Source: Eledone cirrhosa (Eukaryota). From it: a stretch of DNA of 64,000 nucleotides. A program made the translations under genes and the position numbers. The DNA is taken from assembly GCA_964016885.1 (NCBI GenBank), contig OZ024742.1, positions 344,534,001-344,598,000 of the forward strand. Direction: 5' to 3'. Below, one piece after another: positions 13,900 to 30,900 of the stretch; the stretch's first letter is position 1; each line of letters starts with the position of its first letter. The notes under the pieces were generated by a model that was not told the origin of the DNA, made no database searches, and saw nothing but the letters and a program-made list of their open reading frames with translations.

Positions 13900-14372
13900 T
13901 GTACAGCCACCGGAAATAACAGCTGTGAAATATACAGCGCCATCTACCTGTTAGCTAGCTACTCAACGTGAAACAAAAGAACCCTTAGAACCTACCAGAA
14001 TAAACGCCTACACATCGACTAAACAACAAAGGATTGTTCCTGTATAAATAGAGTGGTTCCTAACACTTTCGCCAGTCGACTTTTGGCAGAGTCAGCTAGC
14101 GCATCGTTGTTCCTTTACTCTGCCACGCTTTGTCACTCACACACGCATTGCCTTGTACCCCGTATCGTTGCTTCATGTGAAAATAAATAGCTGATCGAAT
14201 TTACATCTCGCCTTGCTTCGTCCTTTCAACCTGTGCTTTCGTCTGTCCATCCTCAACAGTTCTTTTAAGGGCTATCTTCATATCTGATCAGACCGTATGC
14301 GATAACAGTCCTTCTAAGAACTATTCTCGGATCTGATCAGAAGTAGTGACTAGACTGACCAACTAGTGTCGC

Positions 14373-14376
<4 letters not shown>
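13900..14376 (+). repeat. Gypsy 3' LTR (477 bp)
   Basis: Direct repeat of the 5' LTR, about 5 substitutions counted by eye. Confidence 0.95.
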
Positions 14377-14413
<37 letters not shown>

Positions 14414-14444
14414 GTGTGTGTGTGTGTATATGTATACATGTATA

Positions 14445-14485
<41 letters not shown>

Positions 14486-14612
14486 CTTATTCATTTATAC
14501 AGCTCCAACCGGGATTGATTGAAGCATATTCTATATTACATATACGATTGGCATTTTCCAGCCCGATTAGTTGAGCACTCTACAGTTTTCAGGAATTTAA
14601 CCAACATACACC

Positions 14613-15313
14613 ATGGACCTTTATGAATTGGATTATTCAATCAAAAATATACCTACTCCTTCCAACACAACTTATACCAAAATGCTTATAGATAAAATCG
14701 AACAAGTCGTTAAAAGAATGAGATGGAAGGCAATGGTTTACGATGGACTATTCAATGCTGATACCAATGATTGTTTTGACATAAAATCTCGTAAATATCC
14801 ACCTAGAATTAAAGACATGGCCAACTTCGAATTAGACCTTGTTAATTTAATTAGTGATATCAAATTTCGTAAGTACAATAATAACTTTCAAACTAAACTG
14901 TCTAACGATATTTCTAATTTAAAAAATTCTACAAACACCTTTGTTCTTTCTGATAAAACTAAAAATCTCTTTGAAGTATTTTGTATAACCAACTTTTAAC
15001 TAATAGTATCACCAACAAATATCAATTAACTAATAATAATACCTACAATACTATTAATAAAGAAGCTAAAGAACTAGCTAGTTCTTTAAAAATAGACAAC
15101 CGGATTGAAAGCCTAGCTAAGCGTAAAGAATATATTACCCTTAAAGACCATAAATTAGACTTTACTAATCGACCTAGTTGTAGACTGATTAACCCGGCTA
15201 AATCCGAAGTTGGCCTTGCAAGTAAAAAAATCTTAAGAAAAATAATTCTCCAAATTATAACTAAGACTGACCTATCACAGTGGCTAAATACTTCCTCTTT
15301 TGTACAACTTTAA
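14613..15313 (+). pseudogene. N-terminal fragment of a second Penelope-like ORF, frameshifted, cut off by the LINE
   Basis: YSIKNIPTP..KRMRWKA, SDKTKN, ITLKDHK..RLINPAKSEVG..QWLNT. Confidence 0.85.
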
Positions 15314-16490
15314 CCATTGATGAAAGACGAATTGGCGGCGAAAAAATACTCTGTGTCGCCAATTCGTCCACAAACTACACCTTCTTCCCCACCTACATGG
15401 GTAAAAAACCCCAGAGAATATGGATAACCACCATCACCCCAAACATAAACTACTGGTGGTTACTAACCGGTTTCCTCAATTTAGACGAGGACAACCTCAT
15501 TTCAATAGGAAAGGCATCCGGCGACGCGTTCAGTGGAACGAGTATCGAAGTTCTGACACAAATAAGGCCAGAACGTATCGCCCAAATCCCTGAGCGCGTC
15601 ATGCTGGATGACCGTACCCACCTCAACATTATTGTGGAGGGTAGGCGTCCCTCCTGTTACCTCTGTGGCAATAGAGGTCACCTGAGGGTTGCCTGTCCCC
15701 AGCTCACACAGAAAAAAACACTGCTACCAACACCAACACCACCCCAACAACAACAAAATCGACCACAACAACAACAAAAACCAACACCACCACAACAACA
15801 ACAACAACAAACACGTGAAAAAACAACACAGAATACTGTCCCATCCAACCCCTCCCCACCCAAAACAAATACAAAAACACACACACCGCAAACACTACCA
15901 GAAAACATACCCCTCCCACCCAACAAGGAAGACGAACCCCTTTCGTCGCAAGACGAAAAAGATCCCCTCCAAACAGTAAAAAGAAAGAAGAGGAGGCGCA
16001 CCACAGACACACTTGTTAACTTTTACCCTCCCCAAGAGAACACAAACTATATACAAACCACCCCTCCCCGTCAAACAACACTAACTGCTACGCAAAAAAA
16101 GACCTTACAATATACATACATGAACACAGACAACAAAGAACTACTGAAAACAATTTCATCAAACCCTTCGGTCCAAACTGAAGGGCCTAACCTTATAACT
16201 GCTGTGGGACTACCTCATTTAAAAATGATTAAAGTCCCAATGAACCTTTATAAAACACTGAAAATAAATTTCACGGAGGACGTGCCCCCCCCCCCTGCGC
16301 CAACCCAATCATCCGCGTCCTCCTAAAAAATTTCACCCCACCCCACCCAGACACCCACTCAACCACAAATACTCCAACCCCACAACACACTGATGCCCCT
16401 ACACTTCCACAAACCACCACCCCACCCAACAACCCATCCCCAACCAGCATGGAAATTGAGCGGCCCGCTTCCCGGGACGCAGAGAGGTAA
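15305..16490 (+). pseudogene. LINE ORF1 (CCHC zinc knuckle, Pro/Gln/Thr-rich tail)
   Basis: CYLCGNRGHLRVAC and a KRKKRRR basic patch; probable frameshift in poly-C near 16290. Confidence 0.75.
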
Positions 16491-16514
16491 GTGCCTTTCC
16501 TCCTTACCACCAAC

Positions 16515-18969
16515 ATGGCTGTGCTAAGAGTAGGGTGTCTAAATGCGCGTGGCCTGGGCTCATCTTGGAAGCAAGCAATGCTTCTAAATGATGTCAGGTC
16601 ACGATCTATAAATGTGATGGTTATCTGCGAGGCCCGGATCAGCAACATGCGACAGCTAGCCCCCACCTTTGACGACTTTGAGATGCACGCATCTCTCTGT
16701 CAGCCCGGAGGTGGGGTTGGGTTGTCGTTCTACTGCAAAAACATCTGGGTCTTGCCACACAGATAGTTCACTTGGACCCAGGGGGTCGACTAGTGGTGCT
16801 GGACCTTGGCAGTGGTGAAGGTGGAGCCTTTAGGCTGGTAGCCGCATATGCCCCTTTTGGGACAGAGCGGCCCGACTTTTTCCAGCGTCTGGAGTCTTTT
16901 CTAGGGACGTCCCGTTCCCTGCTTTTAGTGGGGGACTAGAATGGTATCCTGGATGCACGTTGGTTCTATGCAGGGGCATGTCCCGATAGAGAGGGGTGCA
17001 ACAGCCTCAAGGGGTTACACGGCCGATTTGACCTGGCCGATAGATTTCGACTAGATTTTCCGACGGTGCCAACCTTGTCTTGGTAAAATCGCAGCGGATC
17101 ATCTAGGTCGTACCTAGATAGGTTTTTAGTTAGAAATAAGGACAGGGTCTTTTTAAGTTGTCCAGAAATGCTCATGGTTGGCTATTCAGACCACAAGTTG
17201 GTGACCTGCATGGTCAACCTTGATAGAACGCATAGACAGGGCCCCGGTTACTGGAAGCTCAACTTGTCCTTGCCGGCAAGTAGAGCTTACAGGGATCGGA
17301 TTAGTACGTTAGTTAAGGAACGGTTGACTGGAGCGATCGTCAACAGCAGGTGGTGGGTATCTCTAAAGAGAGAGATTAGAGTAGTCTCGATAGAATTTAG
17401 TAAGGTTCTAGCTGCGGATAGGAATAGGAAGGAAAGGGAGCTAATAGATAGAGTAGAAGAGGCAATTAGAAGCGGCGACGTGGCCAGAGTGCTAGCGTCG
17501 AGAACGGCTTTGAGCCAGTTTTTCGACGCGAAGCACGAAGGCTGCGTTGTCCGAAGTAAAATACGTGCTCTATGGAACGAGGGGACCAAAGCTGTTAGCT
17601 GGGCCCGCGTGACAGAGGCCAAGAGTGGTACTAAATCCACCATCCGGTCTTTGCGAGACCAGGATGGACGGGCGATCCTTGAGCCTAGGCAGATGTGTGA
17701 GGCCTTTCAAAGGCACTTTGCCCGACTGTTCGGGAGGGGCGGGGAGACGGTTGGGGATGTGGACTTCGGTCCATACCTCGACGGCCTGCCGCGTCTCTCG
17801 GACAGGGAGGCGAAGTCCTGCGAGGAGCCGATTTCGGCCGCTGAGATAGAAGACGTGCTGAGCCAATGCGGCAAAACGCAAATCCACGGGTCTCGATGGT
17901 CTTCCATACGAATTATATCTAGCTATGCCGGACTTGTTCCCCGATCTCCTCGAGGCGGTCTACTGCAACTGGCAACAGAACAGGAGAATTCCCTGTACTG
18001 TGACCAAGGGCGTAGTCACGCTAGTGAGGAAGGACGAGAACAAGGGGGACGAAATAAGTAACTTCAGGCCCATAACTCTGCTAAATACAGAGTTACGGAT
18101 TTTGGCCAAGGTGCTAGCAAAGAGGTTGGTGCTTGTCGTGGGCAACATGGTGGGATATGCGTAGACATGTGCTATCCCGTCCAGGTCCATCCATGACAAC
18201 CTCCACCTCATGCGATACATCATAGCGAGGGTTTGGAACGAACCCGGCTTTGGTGGGGCTCTGATCAACTTGGATCAATCTAAGGCATTCGATAGGGTCG
18301 ACCATTATTACCTGGATGCGGTGCTAGCGGTGGCAGGCTTCGGACCCGTTTTCAGGGGCTGGATCACTGCTATGCACAGCAGCCGCATCTGCTCTAGGGT
18401 CAAGGTGAACGGCTACCTCTCGGAGCGGTTCAAAATCGCGCGGTCCATCCGACAAGGGTGCCCTCTCTCCTCCCTTCTGTATGTGTTGACTCTCGAGCCA
18501 CTACTGCGGAAGTTGGAGTTGTTGCAGGGCATCCCTTTGGAACCGGGATTGCGGAAAGCGGTGTCGGCCTACGCCTATGATGTGACAGTAATGGTGTCGA
18601 CGGCCTCCGAATTCGGAGCGATCGGCACCTTACTGGAGGAGTACGAAAGGTTCACAGGGGCTAAGCTGAACCGGGACAAGTCGATCGGTTTGCAACTCGG
18701 CACGTGGAGGGGCAGACCGATGTCCTCCGATGGCGTCGTCGGACGCTGGACGGAGGGCCCGGTGAAGTTGCTCGGGGTCTGGTTCGGACCAGACCTCCAG
18801 GTGGAGAAGAACTGGGCGGAGGTTACGTACAGGGTGTTTGCACTGACCCAAAAGTGGGCCAGATGCAAACTATCCCTGAAAGATCGTGCGTAGGTGGCGA
18901 ACACCTATATAGCGTCCGTCATCTACTACCGCCTGACCGTAGTGCCTTGCCCAAGGGAAAACCTCGCCA
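16515..18969 (+). pseudogene. LINE ORF2 (APE endonuclease + RT), multiple stops and frameshifts
   Basis: GCLNARGL, SDHK, GYWKLN, NFRPITLLN, DQSKAFDRVDH, RQGCPLS, YAYD (YADD mutated). Confidence 0.92.
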
Positions 18970-21900
18970 TATACACACCATTCCATACACACAAATACAT
19001 ACCATGTCATACAGAGATACATACCATGCCATACACACAGATACACACCATGCCATACACACAGATACACACCGTGCCATACACACAGATACACACCATG
19101 CCATATACACACCGTGCCATACACACAGATACACACCATGCCATACACACAGATACACACCATGCCATACACACAGATACATACCATACCATACACACAG
19201 ATACATACCATGCCATACACACAGATAGATACCATGCCATACACACATATACACACCATGCCATACACACAGATACACATCATACCATACACACAATACA
19301 CACCATGTCATACACACAGATACATACCATGCCATACACACAGATACATACCATGCCATACACACAGATACACACCATGCCATACACACAGATACACACC
19401 ATGTCATACACGCAGATACATACCATGCCATACACACAGATACACATCATGCCATACACACAATACACACCATGTCATACACACAGATAAATACCATGTC
19501 TTACACACAGATACACACCATGCCATACACACAGATACACACCATGCCATACACACAGATACACACCATGGCATACACACAGATACATACCATGCCATAC
19601 ACACAGATACACACCATGCCATACACACCGATACACACCATGCCATACACACAGATACACACCATGCCATACACACATATATATACAATGGCATACACAC
19701 AGATACATACCATGTCATACACACAGATACATACCATGCCATACACACAGATACACACCATGTCATACACACAGATACATACCATGCCACACACACAGAT
19801 ACACATCATGCCATACACACAATACACACCATGTCATACACACAGATACATACCATGCCATACACACAGATACACACCATGCCATATGCACAGATACATA
19901 CCATGCCATACACACAGATACATACCATGTCATACACACAGATACATACCATGCCATACACAGAGATACATACCATGCCATACACACAGATACACACCAT
20001 GTCATACACAGAGATACATACCATGCCATACACACAGATACATACCATGGCATACACACAGATACACATCATGCCATACACACAGATACACACAATGCCA
20101 TACATACAGATACATACCATGCCAAACACACAGATAAACACCATGCCATACACACATATATACATACCATGCCCAACACACAGATACATACCATGCCGTA
20201 CACACAATACACACCATGCCATACACAGAGATACACACCATGCATTACGCACAGATACATACCATGCCTTACGCACAGATACACACCATGCCATACACAC
20301 ATATACACACCGTGCCATACACACAGATACACACCATGCCATACACACAGATACACACCATGCCATACACACAGATACATACCATGTCATACACACATAT
20401 ACATACCATGCCATACACACAGATACACACAATGGCATACACACAGATACACACCATGCCATACACACAGATACATACCATGCCATACACACAGATACAT
20501 AACATGCCATACACACAGATACACACCATGCCATACACACGGATACATACCATGTCATACACACAGATACACACCATGCCATATGCACAGATACATACCA
20601 TGCCATACGCACAGATACATACCATGCCATACACACATATATATACCATGCCCTACACACAGATACATACCATGCCATACACACAATACACACCATGCCA
20701 TACACACAGATACATACCATGCCATACGCACAGATACATACCATGCCATACACACAGCTACACACCATGCCATACACACAGATACATACCATGCCATACA
20801 CACAGATACATACCATGCCATACACACAGATACATACCATGCCATACACACAGATACACACCATGCCATACACACAGATACACACAATGTCATACACACA
20901 GATACATACCATGCCATACACACAGATACACACCATGTCATACACACAGATACACACCATGCCATACGCACAGATACATACCATGCCATAAACACAATAC
21001 ACACCATGCTATACACAGAGATACACACCATGCCATACACACAGATACACAGCATGCCATACGCACAGATACATACCATGCCATACACACAGATACATAC
21101 CATGCCATACACACAGATACACACCATGCCATACACACAGATACATACCATGCCATACACACAGATACACACCATGCCATACGCACAGATACATACCATG
21201 CCAAACTCACAGATAAACACCATGCCATACACACAGATATATACCATGTCATACACACAGATACACACCATACCATACACACAGATACACACCATGTCAT
21301 ACACACAGATACACACCATGCCAAATTTACAGATAAACACCATGCCATACACACAGATATATACCATGCCATACACACAGATACACACCATGTCATACAC
21401 AGAGATACATACCATGCCATACACACAGATACATACCATGGCATACACACAGATACATACCATGGCATATACACAGATACACACCATGGCATACACACAG
21501 ATACACACCATGCCATACACACAACAATACACACCATGTCATACACACAGATACACAACATGCAATACACACAAATACATACCATGCCATACACACAGAT
21601 ACATACCATGCGATACACACAAATACACACCATGCCATACAAACAAATAACTACCATGCCATACACACAGATACATACCATGTCATACACACAGATACAT
21701 ACCATGCGATACACAGAGATACACACCATGCTATACACACATATACACACCATTCCATACACACAAATACATACCATGTCATACAGAGATACATACCATG
21801 CCATACACACAGATACACACCATGCCATACACACAGATACACACCGTGCCATACACACAGATACACACCATGCCATATACACACCGTGCCATACACACAG

Positions 21901-24900
21901 ATACACACCATGCCATACACACAGATACACACCATGCCATACACACAGATACATACCATACCATACACACAGATACATACCATGCCATACACACAGATAG
22001 ATACCATGTAATACACACATATACACACCATGCCATACACACAGATATATACCATGACATAAACACAGATACATACCATGCCATAAACAAAATACATACC
22101 ATGTCATACACACAGATACACACCATGTCATACACACAGATACATACCATGCCATACACACAGATACACATCATGCCATACACACAATACACACCATGTC
22201 ATACACACAGATACATACCATGCCATACACACAGATACATACCATGCCATACACACAGATACACACCATGTCATACACACAGATACACACCATGTCATAC
22301 ACACAGATACATACCATGCCATACACACAGATACACATCATGCCATACACACAATACACACCATGTCATACACACAGATACACACCATGCCATACACACA
22401 GATACACACCATGCCATACACACAGATACACACCATGGCATACACACATATACATACCATGCCATACACACAGATACACACCATGTCATACACACAGATA
22501 CACACCATGCCATACACACAGATACACACCATGCCATACACACATATATATACCATGGCATACACACAGATATATACCATGCCATACACACAGATACATA
22601 CCATGCCATACACACAATACACACCATGTCATACACACAGATACATACCATGCCATACACACAGATACACACCATGCCATATGCACAGATACATACCATG
22701 CCATACACACAGATACATACCATGTCATACACACAGATACATACCATGCCATACACAGAGATACATACCATGTGATACACACAGATACATACCATGTCAT
22801 ACACAGAGATAATACCATGCCATACACACAGATACATAACATGCCCTACACACAGATACATACCATGCCATACACACAATACACACAATGCCATACACAC
22901 AGATACACACCATGCATTACGCACAGATACATACCATGCCTTACGCACAGATACACACCATGCCATACACACATATACACACCGTGCCATACACACAGAT
23001 ACACACCATGCCATACACACAGATACACACCATGCCATACACACAGATACATACCATGTCATACACACATATACATACCATGCCATACACACAGATACAC
23101 ACAATGGCATACACACAGATACACACCATGCCATACACACAGATACATACCATGCCATACACACAGATACATAACATGCCATACACACAGATACACACCA
23201 TGTCATATGCACAGATACATACCATGCCATACGCACAGATACATACAATGCCATACACACATATATATACCATGCCCTACACACAGATACATACCATGCC
23301 ATACACACAATACACACCATGCCATACACACAGATACACACCATGCATTACGCACAGATACATACCATGCCTTACGCACAGATACACACCATGCCATACA
23401 CACATATACACACCGTGCCATACACACAGATACACACCATGCCATACACACAGATACACACCATGCCATACACACAGATACATACCATGTCATACACACA
23501 TATACATACCATGCCATACACACAGATACACACAATGGCATACACACAGATACACACCATGCCATACACACAGATACATACCATGCCATACACACAGATA
23601 CATAACATGCCATACACACAGATACACACCATGCCATACACACAGATACACACCATGTCATACACACAGATACATACCATGCCATACACACAGATACACA
23701 CCATGTCATACACACAGATACACACCATGCCATACGCACAGATACATACCATGCCATACACACAATACACACCATGCTATACACAGAGATACACACCATG
23801 CCATACACACAGATACACAGCATGCCATACGCACAGATACATACCATGCCATACACACAGATACATACCATGCCATACACACAGATACACACCATGCCAT
23901 ACACACAGATACATACCATGCCATACACACAGATACACACCATGCCATACGCACAGATACATACCATGCCAAACTCACAGATAAACACCATGCCATACAC
24001 ACAGATATATACCATGTCATACACACAGATACACACCTTACCATACACACAGATACACACCATGTCATACACACAGATACATACCATGCCAAATTTACAG
24101 ATAAACACCATGCCATACATACAGATATATACCATGCCATACACACAGATAGACACCATGTCATACACAGAGATACATACCATGCCATACACACAGATAC
24201 ATACCATGGCATACACACAGATACATACCATGGCATATACACAGATACACACCATGGCATACACACAGATACACACCATGCCATACACACAACAATACAC
24301 ACCATGTCATACACACAGATACACAACATGCAATACACACAAATACATACCATGCCATACACACAGATACATACCATGCGATACACACAAATACACACCA
24401 TGCCATACAAACAAATACCTACCATGCCATACACACAGATACACACCATGTCATACACACAGATACATACCATGCCATACACACAGATATATAACATGCC
24501 ATACACAGAGATACATACAACGCGATACACACAGATACATACCATGCCATACAAACAAATACCTACCATGCCATACACACAGATACATACCATGTCATAC
24601 ACACAGATACATACCATGCGATACACAGAGATACACACCATGCTATACACACATATACACACCATTCCATACACACAAATACATACCATGTCATACAGAG
24701 ATACATACCATGCCATACACACAGATACACACCATGCCATACACACAGATACACACCGTGCCATACACACAGATACACACCATGCCATATACACACCGTG
24801 CCATACACACAGATACACACCATGCCATACACACAGATACACACCATGCCATACACACAGATACATACCATACCATACACACAGATACATACCATGCCAT

Positions 24901-27900
24901 ACACACAGATAGATACCATGCCATACACACATATACACACCATGCCATACACACAGATACACATCATACCATACACACAATACACACCATGTCATACACA
25001 CAGATACATACCATGCCATACACACAGATACATACCATGTCATACACACAGATACACACCATGCCATACACACAGATACACACCATGTCATACACGCAGA
25101 TACATACCATGCCATACACACAGATACACATCATGCCATACACACAATACACACCATGTCATACACACAGATAAATACCATGTCTTACACACAGATACAC
25201 ACCATGCCATACACACAGATACACACCATGCCATACACACAGATACACACCATGGCATACACACAGATACATACCATGCCATACACACAGATACACACCA
25301 TGCCATACACACCGATACACACCATGCCATACACACAGATACACACCATGCCATACACACATATATATACAATGGCATACACACAGATACATACCATGTC
25401 ATACACACAGATACATACCATGCCATACACACAGATACACACCATGTCATACACACAGATACATACCATGCCACACACACAGATACACATCATGCCATAC
25501 ACACAATACACACCATGTCATACACACAGATACATACCATGCCATACACACAGATACACACCATGCCATATGCACAGATACATACCATGCCATACACACA
25601 GATACATACCATGTCATACACACAGATACATACCATGCCATACACAGAGATACATACCATGCCATACACACAGATACACACCATGTCATACACAGAGATA
25701 CATACCATGCCATACACACAGATACATACCATGGCATACACACAGATACACATCATGCCATACACACAGATACACACAATGCCATACATACAGATACATA
25801 CCATGCCAAACACACAGATAAACACCATGCCATACACACATATATATATACCATGCCCAACACACAGATACATACCATGCCGTACACACAATACACACCA
25901 TGCCATACACAGAGATACACACCATGCATTACGCACAGATACATACCATGCCTTACGCACAGATACACACCATGCCATACACACATATACACACCGTGCC
26001 ATACACACAGATACACACCATGCCATACACACAGATACACACCATGCCATACACACAGATACATACCATGTCATACACACATATACATACCATGCCATAC
26101 ACACAGATACACACAATGGCATACACACAGATACACACCATGCCATACACACAGATACATACCATGCCATACACACAGATACATAACATGCCATACACAC
26201 AGATACACACCATGCCATACACACGGATACATACCATGTCATACACACAGATACACACCATGCCATATGCACAGATACATACCATGCCATACGCACAGAT
26301 ACATACCATGCCATACACACATATATATACCATGCCCTACACACAGATACATACCATGCCATACACACAATACACACCATGCCATACACACAGATACATA
26401 CCATGCCATACGCACAGATACATACCATGCCATACACACAGCTACACACCATGCCATACACACAGATACATACCATGCCATACACACAGATACATACCAT
26501 GCCATACACACAGATACATACCATGCCATACACACAGATACACACCATGCCATACACACAGATACACACAATGTCATACACACAGATACATACCATGCCA
26601 TACACACAGATACACACCATGTCATACACACAGATACACACCATGCCATACGCACAGATACATACCATGCCATAAACACAATACACACCATGCTATACAC
26701 AGAGATACACACCATGCCATACACACAGATACACAGCATGCCATACGCACAGATACATACCATGCCATACACACAGATACATACCATGCCATACACACAG
26801 ATACACACCATGCCATACACACTGATACATACCATGCCATACACACAGATACACACCATGCCATACGCACAGATACATACCATGCCAAACTCACAGATAA
26901 ACACCATGCCATACACACAGATATATACCATGTCATACACACAGATACACACCATACCATACACACAGATACACACCATGTCATACACACAGATACACAC
27001 CATGCCAAATTTACAGATAAACACCATGCCATACACACAGATATATACCATGCCATACACACAGATACACACCATGTCATACACAGAGATACATACCATG
27101 CCATACACACAGATACATACCATGGCATACACACAGATACATACCATGGCATATACACAGATACACACCATGGCATACACACAGATACACACCATGCCAT
27201 ACACACAACAATACACACCATGTCATACACACAGATACACAACATGCAATACACACAAATACATACCATGCCATACACACAGATACATACCATGCGATAC
27301 ACACAAATACACACCATGCCATACAAACAAATAACTACCATGCCATACACACAGATACATACCATGTCATACACACAGATACATACCATGCGATACACAG
27401 AGATACACACCATGCTATACACACATATACACACCATTCCATACACACAAATACATACCATGTCATACAGAGATACATACCATGCCATACACACAGATAC
27501 ACACCATGCCATACACACAGATACACACCGTGCCATACACACAGATACACACCATGCCATATACACACCGTGCCATACACACAGATACACACCATGCCAT
27601 ACACACAGATACACACCATGCCATACACACAGATACATACCATACCATACACACAGATACATACCATGCCATACACACAGATAGATACCATGTAATACAC
27701 ACATATACACACCATGCCATACACACAGATATATACCATGACATAAACACAGATACATACCATGCCATAAACAAAATACATACCATGTCATACACACAGA
27801 TACACACCATGTCATACACACAGATACATACCATGCCATACACACAGATACACATCATGCCATACACACAATACACACCATGTCATACACACAGATACAT

Positions 27901-30900
27901 ACCATGCCATACACACAGATACATACCATGCCATACACACAGATACACACCATGTCATACACACAGATACACACCATGTCATACACACAGATACATACCA
28001 TGCCATACACACAGATACACATCATGCCATACACACAATACACACCATGTCATACACACAGATACACACCATGCCATACACACAGATACACACCATGCCA
28101 TACACACAGATACACACCATGGCATACACACATATACATACCATGCCATACACACAGATACACACCATGTCATACACACAGATACACACCATGCCATACA
28201 CACAGATACACACCATGCCATACACACATATATATACCATGGCATACACACAGATATATACCATGCCATACACACAGATACATACCATGCCATACACACA
28301 ATACACACCATGTCATAAACACAGATACATACCATGCCATACACACAGATACACACCATGCCATATGCACAGATACATACCATGCCATACACACAGATAC
28401 ATACCATGTCATACACACAGATACATACCATGCCATACACAGAGATACATACCATGTGATACACACAGATACATACCATGTCATACACAGAGATAATACC
28501 ATGCCATACACACAGATACATAACATGCCATACACACAGATACATACCATGCCATACACACAGATACACACAATGTCATACACACAGATACATACGATGC
28601 CATACACACAGATACATACCATGCCATACACACAGATACACATCATGTCATACACACAGATGCACACCATGTCATACACACAGATACATACCATGCCATA
28701 CACACAGATACACACCATGCCATATACACAGATACATACCATGCCATACACACAGATACATACCATGTCATACGCACAGATACATACCATGCCATACACA
28801 GAGATACATACCATGCCATACACACAGATACACACCATGTCATACACAGAGATACATACCATGCCATACACACAGATACATACCATGCCATACACACAGA
28901 TAAATACCATGGCATACACACAGATACACATCATGCCATACACACAGATACACACCATGCCATACATACAGATACAGACCATGCCAAACACACAGATAAA
29001 CACCATGCCATACACACGTATATATACCATGCCCTACACACAGATACATACCATGCCATACACACAATACACATCATGCCATACACACAGATACACACCA
29101 TGCCATACACACAGATACACACCATGCCATACACACAGATACATACCATCTCATACACACATATACATACCATGCCATACACACATATACACACAATGGC
29201 ATACACACAGATACATATCATGCCATACACACAGATACACACCATGCCCTACACACAGATATATACCATGCCATACACACAAATACATACCATGCCTTAC
29301 ACACAATACACACCATGTCATACACACAGATACACACCATGTCATACACACAGATACACACCATGCCATACACACAGATACATACCATGCCAAACACACA
29401 GATAAACACCATGCCATACACACAGATATATACCATGCCATACACACAATACACACCATGTCATACACACAGATACACACCATGCCATACACACAGATAC
29501 ACATCATGGCATACATACATATACACACCATGCCATACACACAGCTACACATCATGCCATACACACAATACACACCATGTCATACACACAGATACATACC
29601 ATGCCATACACACCATGTCATACACACAGATACACACCATGCCATACACACAGATACACATCATGGCATACACACAGATACACACCATGCCATACACACA
29701 AATACACACCATGTCATACACACAGATACCCACCATGTCATACACACAGATACACACCATGCCATACACACAGATACACACCATGCCATACACACAGATA
29801 CACACCATGCCATACACACAGATACATACCATGCCATACACACAGATACATAACATGCCATACACACAGATACACACCATGCCATACACACAGATACATA
29901 CCATGTCATACACACAGATACACACCATGCCATATGCACAGATACATACCATGCCATACGCACAGATACATACCATGCCATACACACATATATATACCAT
30001 GCCCTACACACAGATACATACCATGCCATACACACAATACACACCATGCCATACACACAGATACACACCATGCCATACGCACAGATACATACCATGCCAT
30101 ACACACAGCTACACACCATGCCATACACACAGATACATACCATGCCATACACACAGATACATACCATGCCATACACACAGATACACACCATGTCATAAAC
30201 CCATATACACACCATGCCATGCACACAGATACATACCATGCCATGCACACAGATACATACCATGCCATACACACAGATACACACCATGTCATACACACAG
30301 ATACATACCATGCCATACACACAGATACAGACCATGCCATACACACAGATACACATCATGCCATACGCACAGATACATACCATGCCATACACACAGATAC
30401 ACACCATGCCATACACACAGATACACACCATGCCATACACACATATATATACCATGCCCTACACACAGATACATACCATGCCATACACACAATACACCCC
30501 ATGCCATACACAGAGATACACACCATGCAATACACACAGATACACACCATGCCATACACACAGATACACAGCATGCCATACGCACAGATACATACCATGC
30601 CATACACACAGATACATACCATGCCATACACACAGATACACACCATGCCATACACACAGATACATACCATGCCATACACACAGATACACACCATGTCATA
30701 CGCACAGATACATACCATGCCAAACTCACAGATAAACACCATGCCATACACACAGATATATACCATATCATACACACAGATACACACCATGCCATACACA
30801 CAGATACACACCATGTCATACACACAGATACATACCATGCCAAACTTACAGATAAACACCATGCCATACACACAGATATATACCATGCCATACACACAGA

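Larger units (their letters stand above)
9034..14376 (+). mobile_element. Ty3/Gypsy LTR retrotransposon with both LTRs, decayed coding region
   Basis: LTRs 9034-9526 and 13900-14376 (TG...CA/TA), PBS, PPT, TATA TSD in a (TA)n tract, domain order PR-RT-RH-IN. Confidence 0.96.
15305..18969 (+). mobile_element. Tx1/L1-clade LINE, 3'-truncated at the duplication junction
   Basis: ORF1 with zinc knuckle, then ORF2 with APE and RT; stops abruptly at the satellite. 5' boundary is approximate. Confidence 0.9.

Noticed and set aside
10108-18904. Antisense and overlapping ORFs inside the Gypsy and LINE
   Set aside because: Shadow frames of GC-richer coding sequence with no recognisable motifs.
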